NCBI RefSeq assembly: GCF_024521635.1
Contig: NW_026250418.1
Location: 186,001-250,000, forward strand
Length of the DNA stretch: 64,000 nt
Reading direction: 5' to 3'
Source: Tricharina praecox
Lineage: Eukaryota
Made by a program: the position numbers and the translations under genes. Shown piece after piece: positions 13,401 to 24,527 of the stretch. The notes beneath the pieces are model-generated. The model saw only the letters and a program-made list of their open reading frames with translations, did no database searches and was not told where the DNA came from. Position 1 is the first letter of the stretch. The number at the start of each line of letters is the position of its first letter.

Positions 13401-13980
13401 CGCCGACCGACCGACTAGGTACCTATTTTCACGTTCTGCCTTGTAAATTGCAATCGCTTGGCCTCAACTCCTCGAGCAAGGCTTGTGGTTTGCACCGACT
13501 CGGAGGGCGGGCGGGTGTATAGCGAATGAGAACTGCGAACTGCGAACTGCTAACTGCAGAGTGATAATAGTATGGTATGGTATGGTATGGTATAGTGCTG
13601 CACTGCCCATCTCCACATTCCTCCCTTCCTTCCTTCCTCTTACTCATCCTCTTCCGCTCACGGCTGCGTCGTTTAGTACTTGCGAACGGCCTACCATGGC
13701 CCGGATAGCTTTCTGCCTTTTTGGCCCGGCCGACACATACCGATCGATAATACCATAAATACGATACGGTATATGGTATGATACGTGGACTGCTGCGACG
13801 GCCCTTAGTTACAACCGTCCCTCTACCCCCTCCACCCCGAGAAAACCAGTGATTCCAAATGTGTGCGTACGAGCCGGGCTCGAGTTGCTCCGCCATTCCT
13901 CCTCTCTCTCTCCCTCACTCCTTCACTCGCACCCACAGCCGGGCTTTGGTGGAGGAGGTTCCTGGGACCCGTTGGGTTTC

Positions 13981-13983
<3 letters not shown>

Positions 13984-14019
<36 letters not shown>
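13984..14019. repeat. (TC)n microsatellite
   Basis: Perfect run read directly. Confidence 0.9.
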
Positions 14020-14024
<5 letters not shown>

Positions 14025-16199
14025 GTTGAAACGTATTGTATGCCTTACTGCTATACTGATAGCTTCGCCGTTGCCCGGTGCCGCAGCCGGACACACCGTC
14101 GAGCAGGGGCAAAACCATCACATATGCCTAGAACCCTCGCCGCTCAACTTCTAGACTGAATCCTACATTTAACTTGAGTTTGCACAGTCTAGGTACTCGA
14201 GCATATTCACGCTGGGCTCTAACTATTGCTCACATGGTTTGAGAGAGGATTCGCAAATCGAGTGAGTATCTATGAATCACTGGTTCCGTGTTTTAATGGC
14301 ATGGGCATGGAGGAGTAGTAATTATCAGTTTCGACCTATGGCTAACCCCTCCTCCGTCTAGGATACAGAAGTGCGAACGTGTGTAGCCTTCATCCCACAG
14401 TCCCACCATCTCTGCATCTTTCGTGAAGATGAACCAACCCGGGAATGGCTGGAGCGTATCGTTATCATTATCCTTGCCGACGACCTTATACCCCGCCATG
14501 CCAGCAATCATGGTACTCTCCATCTCATCACCGTTGTCGACACGTTTCACGTCTAACACGCCACAGCCTCCGGGAACTTGGAACTCGGAAGAACGACCAC
14601 TCATGCGTCACGTATCACATATCATCACTCGCTCGTCCGAGAAGAAAACAAAAACAAAAAACCCCCAACGGAAAAGGTGTGTTGGAATTTGGAAGTGGTC
14701 TTCCAATACCTACTGACCTACAGCTGTGGTGGGAGTGAAAGTGAAGAGCAAGGCTGGAAGTGGAAGTGGAAGTGTGGCAATGTAGATCAGATCCGTCATT
14801 TTCCGCATAAATATATGTGTGCGTGGGCCAGTGTCAACCGTGGCACCACCGTCAGGAGCCATCGGATTCGGGGGTTGGAATTACCTTGCCTTGCCTTTCG
14901 TGGAGCAACATTCCAGATGGGCGAATAGGCAGCGTACGCCGAGTCCCTGCCTTGCCCTACGGTACTGCTCGGAAGTCCTCACCCGCCACGCAGAACCCGC
15001 CGCGTGCGGGCTTCGGTTCGATTGACTCAAAATGTACCCGAGTCAATCGCGGTAATTGATCAGACATATTCCCAAGTCAAACGGGGTCAATCACAATTAC
15101 TGACTCGGGACGGCACTGAGTCAAAATACCGGTTATTGAGATTATGTAGAGTACGGCGGATGGCGTGCGGGCGTGCGGGCGTGCGGGAATACGGTACGAT
15201 GCCGCGCTGGGGCCTGGAGACGGCTATCTTCACGTTACTCTATAGTAGAGCGGCCCGGCACGCTCGTCACTCGCAGCACTCGCAGACGTTCGGTGTGCAT
15301 GCACGTATATCACTCGTTTTATTGTCTCGTTTTGTCATCTTGCACGGCGAGACGGGTCAGACGGGGTGGGGAACAGACACAATGCCCACCATCCGCAATT
15401 TGCACAGGCTGTCTGCACAGGCAGTCCGCACAGGCAGTCTGCACGGGCTACGGTAATGATTCTTCCCAACTCCGCTGGGACTCGACAGCTCTACTGCAGC
15501 TCTACTGTAGTCAGCCCAACCCATATCGTTTCCTCTACGGTGTTTATTCCGTATGCCTACGGCACTTCCAACTTCCTGTACTACACGAATGTCGAAATTT
15601 GTTTGCGTACAGCACGTACAGCACGGCTTACTCACAGTACGCATTCTTGAGTGACCGGTGCATACTGCTCAGTAGTCAGCAGTCAGCACGGCATTTCGTC
15701 TGTAGGACGATTTTTGTGATGGTTTTACTACATACAGTCGTGGAACTGCATACCTGACAACGTTTCCTCCGCATTACATAGATACGTTGTTGTGCGGATA
15801 CGGTAAGTCTCTAGTATTCTTCACACCGCGTAATATCTCGCATTCAGAAGAACTGCAGTACCTAGTTCTTCTGGCTTTCTATTCAGTAGTAAGCGTATCT
15901 TTACACCACTGCGTACCTATGTAGAAATGTTTCGATAACGTAGAATTGAGACTGTAGGAAAACACAAATACCAGAGTAAATCTGTATTCTCCGAAACTGC
16001 TGGATTTATATCCGAGCGGTAGACCTGAGGCATCAATTACTGCCCATTTTTTGCTACTATAGGATGTAAGCTGGCTGCGAGTCCGAGTGCAAGTGCGATG
16101 AAAACGAAAAAAAGGAAAAAGAAAAAGTGCCATCACTCGTCCCCCTGCTGTCGAGTGCGAGACTGCGAGTGCGATGGCGGCTTACTATATACTACTGTA

Positions 16200-16351
16200 T
16201 AGTGAGGGGGGGTAAAAAATACGCTTTTTTCCGTATCGGTACGGTCAAAATACGTGGTTTGACCGTATTAATACGCTTTTTGACCGTACTGATACGGAAA
16301 AAAGCGTATCGGTACGGTCAAAAAGGGTATTTTTTACCCACCCCTTCACTA
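16200..16351. mobile_element. MITE, ~152 bp, near-palindromic, Tc1/impala-like ends
   Basis: TAGTGAGGGGGGGTAAAAAATAC ... GTATTTTTTACCCACCCCTTCACTA form terminal inverted repeats, with TA on both sides. The interior is built of inverted copies of TACGGTCAAAA and ATACGCTTTTTTCCGTATC. The end resembles the CAGTG start of fungal Tc1 elements. Confidence 0.85.
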
Positions 16352-17181
16352 TACAGTAGGTACCTTAAGTACACCAACTATAGGTAGGTCACACTTACCT
16401 ACCGTACAATGTTACCTCCATACCTGCCGCCGTAAAACAACTACATGCCAGTCCTCCCTCCACTCCACTCCCGAACTCAATGTATCACTGTGAACCTCCC
16501 GATACAAGTACCGATACAAGCATCGGCTCCCTTGAACCGCCCAGGGGCCAGCACAAGTATAATACGATATAGTATGTGCTTGCCCTTGTGTTGTCCAAAG
16601 ATGTCCGAAGATGCAGGCAGTGGGCCTGGATGGGAGATGATGGATACCTATCAAGGCTAAGAGAGAGAGAGAGAGAGAATATCCATCTATTATCACATAC
16701 GGCCTGCCTGGACTATGGCGACCGGATATCAAAGTAGTTTGTGAAGCAACTGGCCAGGGTTTGTAGCTACTGAGTGAGTGTCCATGAATACTAGTCCGAA
16801 GTACCTAGTCCAGTGCTTTCGATACCATGCCGAGTTGAATGGCCATGTACTCTACATACTCGAGCGGATATTCAAAGTCACCAGAAGCAAAGGGCAATAT
16901 TGATAGCAAACTAATTCATTGTAGTAAGGTTTTTATCTGTATCAAAGAAATATAGTAGGCAAAGACCCAACAAATCACCCAACCAGCCAACCGACCAACC
17001 GACCGACGACCATTCATAAGAGACAGGCGAGAACGAACAAAAACACCGAACCAACCAACCAAACGCATTACCCAGAAACCCCCACCAAAGCAAAGAGAAA
17101 AAATTCAAAAATCAAAAGGCAACAAAAAACACCACCAAAAAGTCTAAAGCAAACATGCTATTAGAATAGAAAAAAACCCAT

Positions 17182-17823
17182 CTAACGTCTGGGCTTGTTC
17201 TCCTCGGCGTCCCAGTCGTAGTGTGTGCGGACTGCCGGCGCCTCGGCGCCGTCCCACTCCTGGACGTGGTCGCCCTTCGAGTCGATGGTGTGCGAGGTGT
17301 TGGGCTTAGCCGCCTTCTCCGAGGAGCGGCGGCGTTCGGAGCGGGACGAGCCCTGGGTTTCGCTGCGGCGAGGGCCCGAGGGGCGCTGCAGCTGCTCCTC
17401 GTCCTCAAAGAGGCCGGGCTGGACGTGGCAGTGGACGCGGGGCGCCTCGTCCTCGTTCCACTCCTTCACCTCGTCGCCGTTCTGGTCGCGGCGCGAGGCG
17501 CCCTGCTTGTCGCGGTAGGACAGGTCGCGACAGTCGACGCAGTCGCAGTTCTCGTGGCCGGGCTTCTTGGATTCGCGGCGCGAGGAGCTGGGGCGGCTGC
17601 TGGAGGCGTTCTTAGTGGAGCCGGAGGTGCTGCTGCGCTTGGGAGGCGCGGGCTTGCTGTCCATTGAGGCCTGGGAGTTGGCGCGGGCAAGCGCTTGGCG
17701 GATGGTCTCGTTGCTGAGAACGTTGCGGGGAGCCTCGCCGCTGAAGGAGGAATGTTAGTATGTGATGGATGGATGGAAGGGATGGAAGGGAGGAAGGGGG
17801 ACATACTTCCAAACAGAATCCAT
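17182..17823 (-). CDS. Hydrophilic protein of unknown family (~191 aa) with two 21-aa repeats and a CxCxxC motif; exons 17823-17807, 17740-17182
   Basis: ATG at 17823. A 66-nt intron (GTATGT...TACTAAC...CAG) joins in frame to the 160-aa ORF, giving MDSVWNGEAPRNVLSNETIRQ...MDSKPAP. Strong GC3 codon bias; TATAAA upstream at 17978-17983. Confidence 0.85.
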
Positions 17824-17977
17824 TTCGATTGAAGGGTGGGGGGGTGGTGGTTGAGGGTTGAAGGTTGGAAGGGAGAGGTTGCTTTGAAGGTTGTTTGCGA
17901 GTGAAGGCTGGTGAATGCTTTGGATGCTGTGCAGGCTGATGAGAAGAAGTTGAGAGGAGGTGGGATATGTCGGGGGG

Positions 17978-17983
17978 TTTATA
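17978..17983 (-). promoter_or_regulatory. TATA box (TATAAA) of the 17182-17823 gene
   Basis: Canonical TATAAA 155 nt upstream of the ATG, followed by a C-rich leader. Confidence 0.6.
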
Positions 17984-19430
17984 TTCCGTTTCTGTTTGCA
18001 GGCGCGGCGGGATGCTCAGCGATGTTCTGCTTGAAGCCGTCTGGGCTGGGGCTGGTGGGTAGGTGCGGGGTGTGTGGCCGCTTGACAGAAAGGCCGGCTA
18101 CCTACCTACGTGTCGAAGCTAGTAGCCCGCTGCACGCTGTGCTCTAGCACGGTTGCTCTGCTCGGGCTGCTGTAGCTAGAGCAGAGTGCGTATGTAGCCA
18201 GGCCAGGCAATTGACCGTGGTGGATGATTTTCCGTCATCGAATCGGCAGCAAAGCAAAGCGCAGCATGCGTTGTTCCCATTCCCGGCCCCCCGGTCAGGA
18301 AAATCATAACGACGAAATCCGGTTACGGGCTGCTAGTTGTTAGTAAACATACACGGGGTTCGATTGGATTGGGGGGGTCGGACTACGAAGCTGGTTGGGT
18401 ATTCACCTCAAAGCGGAGATAGTCGGAGTGATAGGTGACGATGGAGAACAGGTGTTCGAGGGAGGGGTGGTGGGAGGGTAAGGATCATTCTCCGCAGACG
18501 CTTGACAATTGGCAGCTGTTGGCCCCACTCGCCCGCAGCAGAAGAGCGCCGCTAATCGAGGCGCCGTTGGGGGTGGTGGGTAGTGGTGGTGGAGGGGGGC
18601 GGTGGTTGCTGAGGCGAAGCGGGCGGCACGAGTTTCCAGAGCAGCCCTAGTTTCCCCTCTGTTGCCCCGCTGGCTGCGAGCGTGTGCTGTGAGGTGTGAT
18701 GTGAGACAGAATGGACAGCCAACCAGCCAATCAACCAACAAGCCAGCCAACCAGCCAGCACACTCCGTCATTCATGCGAATTCATGCGAAAAGAAAGAAA
18801 GAAAGAAAGAAAAGAAGAAGAAAAAATAAGATACCAACCCGCCGCGCTGGTCCAGATTCTTCCTAATTCCTGCTGCAATGCAAGATTCGAACGGAACGAT
18901 TCGCTTTCACCGTGTCCACATCTGCGATTGTTTCAGTCGAGCTTGTGCAGATATGTATGATCTATCTATCTATCGTCCCAGTGCAACCAAACTTCTCGCT
19001 TGCCACAACGGACGGAGGGGAAGGGGAAGGTCATCGTCGCTCGCTCCTTCTCGCAAGAAGTGTCGTCAGTCCTGGGAATCAATCGGCGCGGATAACTAAG
19101 GGGAGTTCCTACTATAGACGGCCACCATCGCTCGATGCAGAATCGTCGAAACTCAAGTCTCAAGGTCTCCGCCCCGCCACCCCCGCTGTGTTGGCAGAAA
19201 GAAAAAACATCAACGACGACGACGCCATCGGCGAAAACGTCACCACTCGTGGAAATCCGCGCGCGCGCGTCTGCGTGATCCCCATCGCTCCCAATATGGG
19301 GCGGCGAGGAGGGGCCAACGATAATTCGGATTCGTGCGGAATTCCACAGCTCCAATGACCGAGCGGCGATGCTTTCTTCGAGGTAGATCCGGACACTCGT
19401 CCGATGCGCAATATTCGAGCGAAACGAAAT

Positions 19431-19433
<3 letters not shown>

Positions 19434-19466
<33 letters not shown>
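19434..19466. repeat. (CT)n microsatellite
   Basis: Perfect run read directly. Confidence 0.9.
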
Positions 19467-19470
<4 letters not shown>

Positions 19471-22400
19471 CTCAGCGAGCGAGCGCAACGGAGCGCCATT
19501 TGTGTGATGGCGGTGGCGGCCCAGAGAGAGAGTTGTTTTCGTACATATTTGCCCTCCCTCATCTGACCGCTGCCGCCGTGATTGGAGCGGGCTTCCATGT
19601 TTTTCCCTCATAGGTACCTACTTACCCAGCAAGCCCGCCTCCGCCACGAAGTGCGCGGAAAAAAAACATACATATGAGTATGTATGTACATCCCGCCACC
19701 ACCAGTGACCGACCGACTAACCAGCCAGCTGCTTACTGGCTTGGGGCCTGGAGATCTTCGCGAATAGCACACCACAGCGCAGCGCAGCACCGGATCCTTC
19801 GTTCCCTTTCCACGCACAAACTCTTCTAGAACGAATTGAAAAGCTCATTAGCATGGCGCACGTGCAACTGGTGGTGGTGGTGGTAGTGGTAGTGGTGGGG
19901 GGGGTGCCGTGCAGCCAACCAATCCCGCATATGTAGCCCGTCACTCGACTGAACCCGCGAATTGCGGAGGATCTACCGGGCTCACGCGGGCAAGGCACCC
20001 CGACCGAACCTAATCGTCCAGCCAGACGTGGTTACCGGAGAGTCCAAGTCCCAACAACCCTTGGCGAAAGATCGGGCGAGCGAGGAGAGGGGCGAGCAAG
20101 GCCGTTGCTTTCCTCCAGAGCGACTACCTATCGCAGGTAGCGAGGCCAGCACCAAGCAAAGCTAGCCCTCCTGCTGGCTTGCCAGCTATTGTTTATGTAT
20201 GCAGTGAGAAATGTTTCTGTTGTTGGCCCAACCAGGCCCGGTCCGTTGATGAAGATTCCTCCAGATCAACCACGTCGTCTCGTGGCACAAGCCTAGTACC
20301 TAGCCCAAGCCTGAGCGGTTCTGTGGCTTCGAGTTTGTTCATACGTGGGTCCTGCAGATGTGTGCGTGCTCGTTTCAAATTCACACGTGCGGAGAAGGTA
20401 GGTAAGCCTGCAGGTGTGTATGGGTAGTGGTTGGAGAAATAGAGCATTGGGGCTGGCAGCCTGGTTGGTCCCGAGGAGATACCGGGAGTTATCGATAGCA
20501 AAGCGGAAATAGAAATACCCACTCTGTATTCCCCAAGCTTCTAAAAGCAGGTCAGCACGTTGCATTAAGCAGGGACCAATGGGCGCATGAAAATCGTAGG
20601 CGCGGGGTACTCTATCTCACAGTGGGCAGGCAATCTTCTGTTTCCGGCCCTTGGTGCCTCGAAACGACAATAACTCGAGCCAATCGATATGATTTCGATT
20701 GGAACGAACAGCCAATCGACATCCACACCAGGCTCGATGGGAATTTTTTTTGCCAATATGTATATCGGAACGTCCACTGGCTGGATAACTACCACGGCAC
20801 TATGGAGCAGTCCACACCCATATCGACACCCACACCCACCGACCGGCCGAGGAGCTGAGAGACCATCCCGTATCCCCAAATTGGAGCAGCTCAGCGCAGC
20901 GCAAGACCGTGGGCACTGACGTTTCCCGACGATCGGCATCGTCCTCGAGCCCATCGCAAATCCGCACTGGGCGAGAGGTTTGCCTCCGCCCCCCCCCCCC
21001 CCCCCCCCCCGAGTCGAACACTTAAAGCAAATCGCCCACCATCTCCGTCCGCATACAGAAAACTCGTCATGAGTTCGAAATCCGACAAATTGCGGCACCG
21101 GAAACACCGGAAACACCGGCGTCGTTCGTTCGGTGCACAAGTAGGTAGTTGGAATGGAGCGGGGTGGAACACGCGTCGGACAGTTGTGGCGATAGAGTAT
21201 CATGTATCTATGTAGAGTACTCGTAGAGCGGGGCCCGAGCTATGGTATGGTATCAGATAGTCATCCACCCGCTCGGAGAAAGACAATCCCCGACGGTGCC
21301 TATCGCGGCCATGGACCAACAGGAATCGAACGCGGATAGCACCAACGAATTTCTGCCTCCCGGTCAGAGATACCGGTAGCTAATTCTGCTTTCCTGCAGA
21401 CAGAGTCGAGTTCCTGCTCTTCTGGAGACTAGAGTTGAGCTCCTGCTCTCGTCCAAGGCACCAAGCGAGCCGATGGGGGCCAAATGCAGATCCGCCGCGC
21501 CCTGCATACCGGTGAGCTTGTATGTAGATATCTCTAGCATGTAGAGTACACAGGTACTACCTAGTATCTGCTCTTCGTCACTGCATAGCCGCCGAGCATG
21601 TAGGTACTGGTCACCGCCACGGTTCTAGGCCAGCATTCGCGCGCAAATAGCAACCCCGTGGAGCTCTTACATATATCTGCGCCGTCGTCCGGTTTACTTC
21701 GTCCGAATCCACATCTGCCGCTACCGTCGACGTTTCAACTTGAGACCGCCCGCTCTAGAGGTCGAGTCGGTCTTCCCGTATATTGGAATCATGACGGTGC
21801 GCGGTTGGCCTTGCATGCTCGAGATCAGGTCGAGTCGGTCTTCGTGTGCGTGTGTTGGTTCGTGGCGGTTCGCGGTTGATCTCGCAAGCTTCGACGTCGA
21901 CGTTGAGCTTCGGCAGTTGCAAGCTCCAAGCTCCGGAACGATGATACCATCTTAGGAATGCCGGGCTTCCGGGAGTCCGGTCGTTCGCCTGTGCAAGGGA
22001 CCTCTTTCTGCCTTCCTTCCTTCTTCTTCTCCTCCTCAGCTTGATGCCGCAGAGATCATCTCCGCCACCCGCCACCCGCCTCGAGCAAGGAGTATCTACC
22101 GTAGTTCCTGGTATGTGCATAGATGGGTAGGTACCTGTGATAATCCTCGCGGATTCTCCCGAGCTTCGTCTGAAAGTCGTCTGAAAGTTAGCTTTCGCTC
22201 AGCTGCTTCACTTCGTCTCCTGCATCCTGCGCCCTGCATCGACGTTCTGCAACATACCAAGTACTTGCCTAGACATATATCCAATAGATACCGCAAGCGG
22301 TGCAGCTCCGCTATTTTCGCCATCCTCAGACATCCCGAGCCCCTGGCGAATGCTCCCACTTGGCCGCAGCCGCCGCTGCTAGGTATGCTAGGTCCGCTAA

Positions 22401-24023
22401 CTACCGCCGAAGCTGGACGCCAGGGGCCAACAGCTCCAACAGCTCGAGAATCCGCTCTTCTCCCCTCCCCCTCTCGAACTCCGTTTCACCACTGTTCAAT
22501 GCAGTACCTCTCCGCTCTGAGTTCCTTTCTGGACATTCAGCACGGTGCTGTATCGATATCCTTACACCGTTGTCGCTGTCGTTGTCGTTGCCAGCTCACG
22601 GACAGGCCTCCCTCAATGTCGTCCCTTGTATGATATGTAGAGTAGATACTAGTAAAGCAGTGCGAAGCGAGGCGATATAGCTACCCCGCCCACCCCACCA
22701 CAGGGGAGGTATGTAAGCTGCGCTGGACGTCGAAGCTCTGGGAAAGCCCACCCGCCCCGCCCCACCCCGCCCCGCCCCGCCTGGCGCAGGGGCGGTCATA
22801 CACAGGGACCTGAAGAAGAAGAAGGAGGGGAAAGAAGAGGAAGGAGTGAAAAATATTTTGTCGTGCAAAAGCCAAATGGGATGAACCTGCTAAACGTAGA
22901 CTGCTACCATAGCGGCCCTCTGCAGTTCTGTGCGGCGTGATATCGATGCGGTACCTGTGTGCATGTACGTACAACGGTACATAGAACCGTCGTTTCCTCC
23001 CATTGTCGTATGAGCCCGAGACTCCACCTGCCAGTGCCCATGTTGGAGGGGCTTCGTGAGGATCACGGAAGAATCTCTCACAATCCAGCACCGAATAAAC
23101 TCCCCGCGATTCGAGCCGACTTCCTGGGCACTAGGTAAGAGGCATGTACTGAGAGACCCACGATGGGTACGGACAACTGATTAACTGATTCAATGGGGTA
23201 GAAAAGCAACAAGAAAGAAAATCCGGCCTGTGAACTTCAAGAGAAAATAAATGTCTAATGTGTTGAACAAGAGACCGACCGACCGACTAGGTACATAGAC
23301 GAACATAAATGCAGCAACAGAGAACATTTCAACGTTGCGCGACCGCCGCCGACCGCATCGGGTCAGCCCACCATCACATCACACCTTGGTCCCACCATAC
23401 CGCCGCTCGCCGCTCCCCGCAGCACAGAGACGCCTCTGCCCCCGAATCCCACAGTAGTTACGGACCTAAAAAGGCCAAATCTACCATACTCACATCATGG
23501 CAAAGCTTACTTATTGGTGAGAGCAACGAACTTCCTGTGTATACGTCATTCTTGTAAGACCTCTAAGAGCCGGCGGTTGGATAGTGAACCAATGCCAAAA
23601 AATGACGATGTACCTATGGTGCGCGTGGATTCGTGAAAGAAAGCGATGAATCATGACGGTCCAGTAGATTCTAATAATACTATTATTACCACTACTCTAT
23701 TCTATACAGCAGTTCAGATCTCACATCGCAAACGCAGACAACAGTGTGCGTCGTTTGCATCGAGATGGACTGGTAACTCGAGATCGAAAGGGTGATACTC
23801 GTCATCGTTTGATTTCAGATAGATTACAAGCAGTGATCCTGTTGATGAAGAATGCGCATTCATGTGACTGGTCCTTTGTACCTACTACCCAACCCTCAAG
23901 TGCGATCACCAGAACGATCACCAGAACGATCACTAGTTGATGTTGTGTGTCAAGATAGGAGAAATCTTGACTTGAAATGTATTATACTGTACTCAAATGA
24001 TTAAAGCTGTGGGATATATATCA

Positions 24024-24106
24024 GGTTGATTGGTGTAGTGGTTATCACACTCGTCTCACATCCCAGTGACCACGAGAGGTCCCAGGTTCGATCCCTGGAT
24101 TAATCA
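24024..24106 (+). tRNA. tRNA-Val(CAC) with 10-nt intron (24061-24070)
   Basis: Acceptor stem GGTTGAT/ATTAATC, D-arm GTG-TAGTGGTTAT-CAC, anticodon stem CTCGT/ACGAG with loop CT-CAC-A and T-arm CCAGG-TTCGATC-CCTGG. Mature length 73 nt; a T-run follows. Confidence 0.95.
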
Positions 24107-24527
24107 TCTTTTGCTTCCTCTGTTCCCTCAGTTGTAGAGTACTTTGTTACTGTGTCGGGCGAAGTGGCAGTATTTTTTTTTAAGTTGGCCCGGTGAAGTT
24201 TATCAGATATCGTGCCTCAGATTTTTGTGTGGGAATGGGCAATTTACACATCCCCGGGCCGGAAAGAACGGCTTCCCGGTGAGTTTCAGAGCAGAAGCGG
24301 GTGATATCCAGTGCACACCTGACGTCGGGTAGCGACAGCCACGTGAGTGGCTTACCAGGATGCGCGCATAGCTGAGCGCGAGAGGGAGCCAGTAGAGTAG
24401 TGGAGAGTGGACAAGCTTCAGCTGGGCTGGTCGGGTCCTTCCTCTTCCCCTTTGTCGATCGATCGACCTTCCATCTGTTCCTTCACACACTCCTTTTGTT
24501 TCCCGCCCCCTCAAAAACTCTGCGACG

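Noticed and set aside
14293..14604. 103-aa protein-looking minus-strand ORF
   Set aside because: No recognisable motif, codon bias or promoter support.
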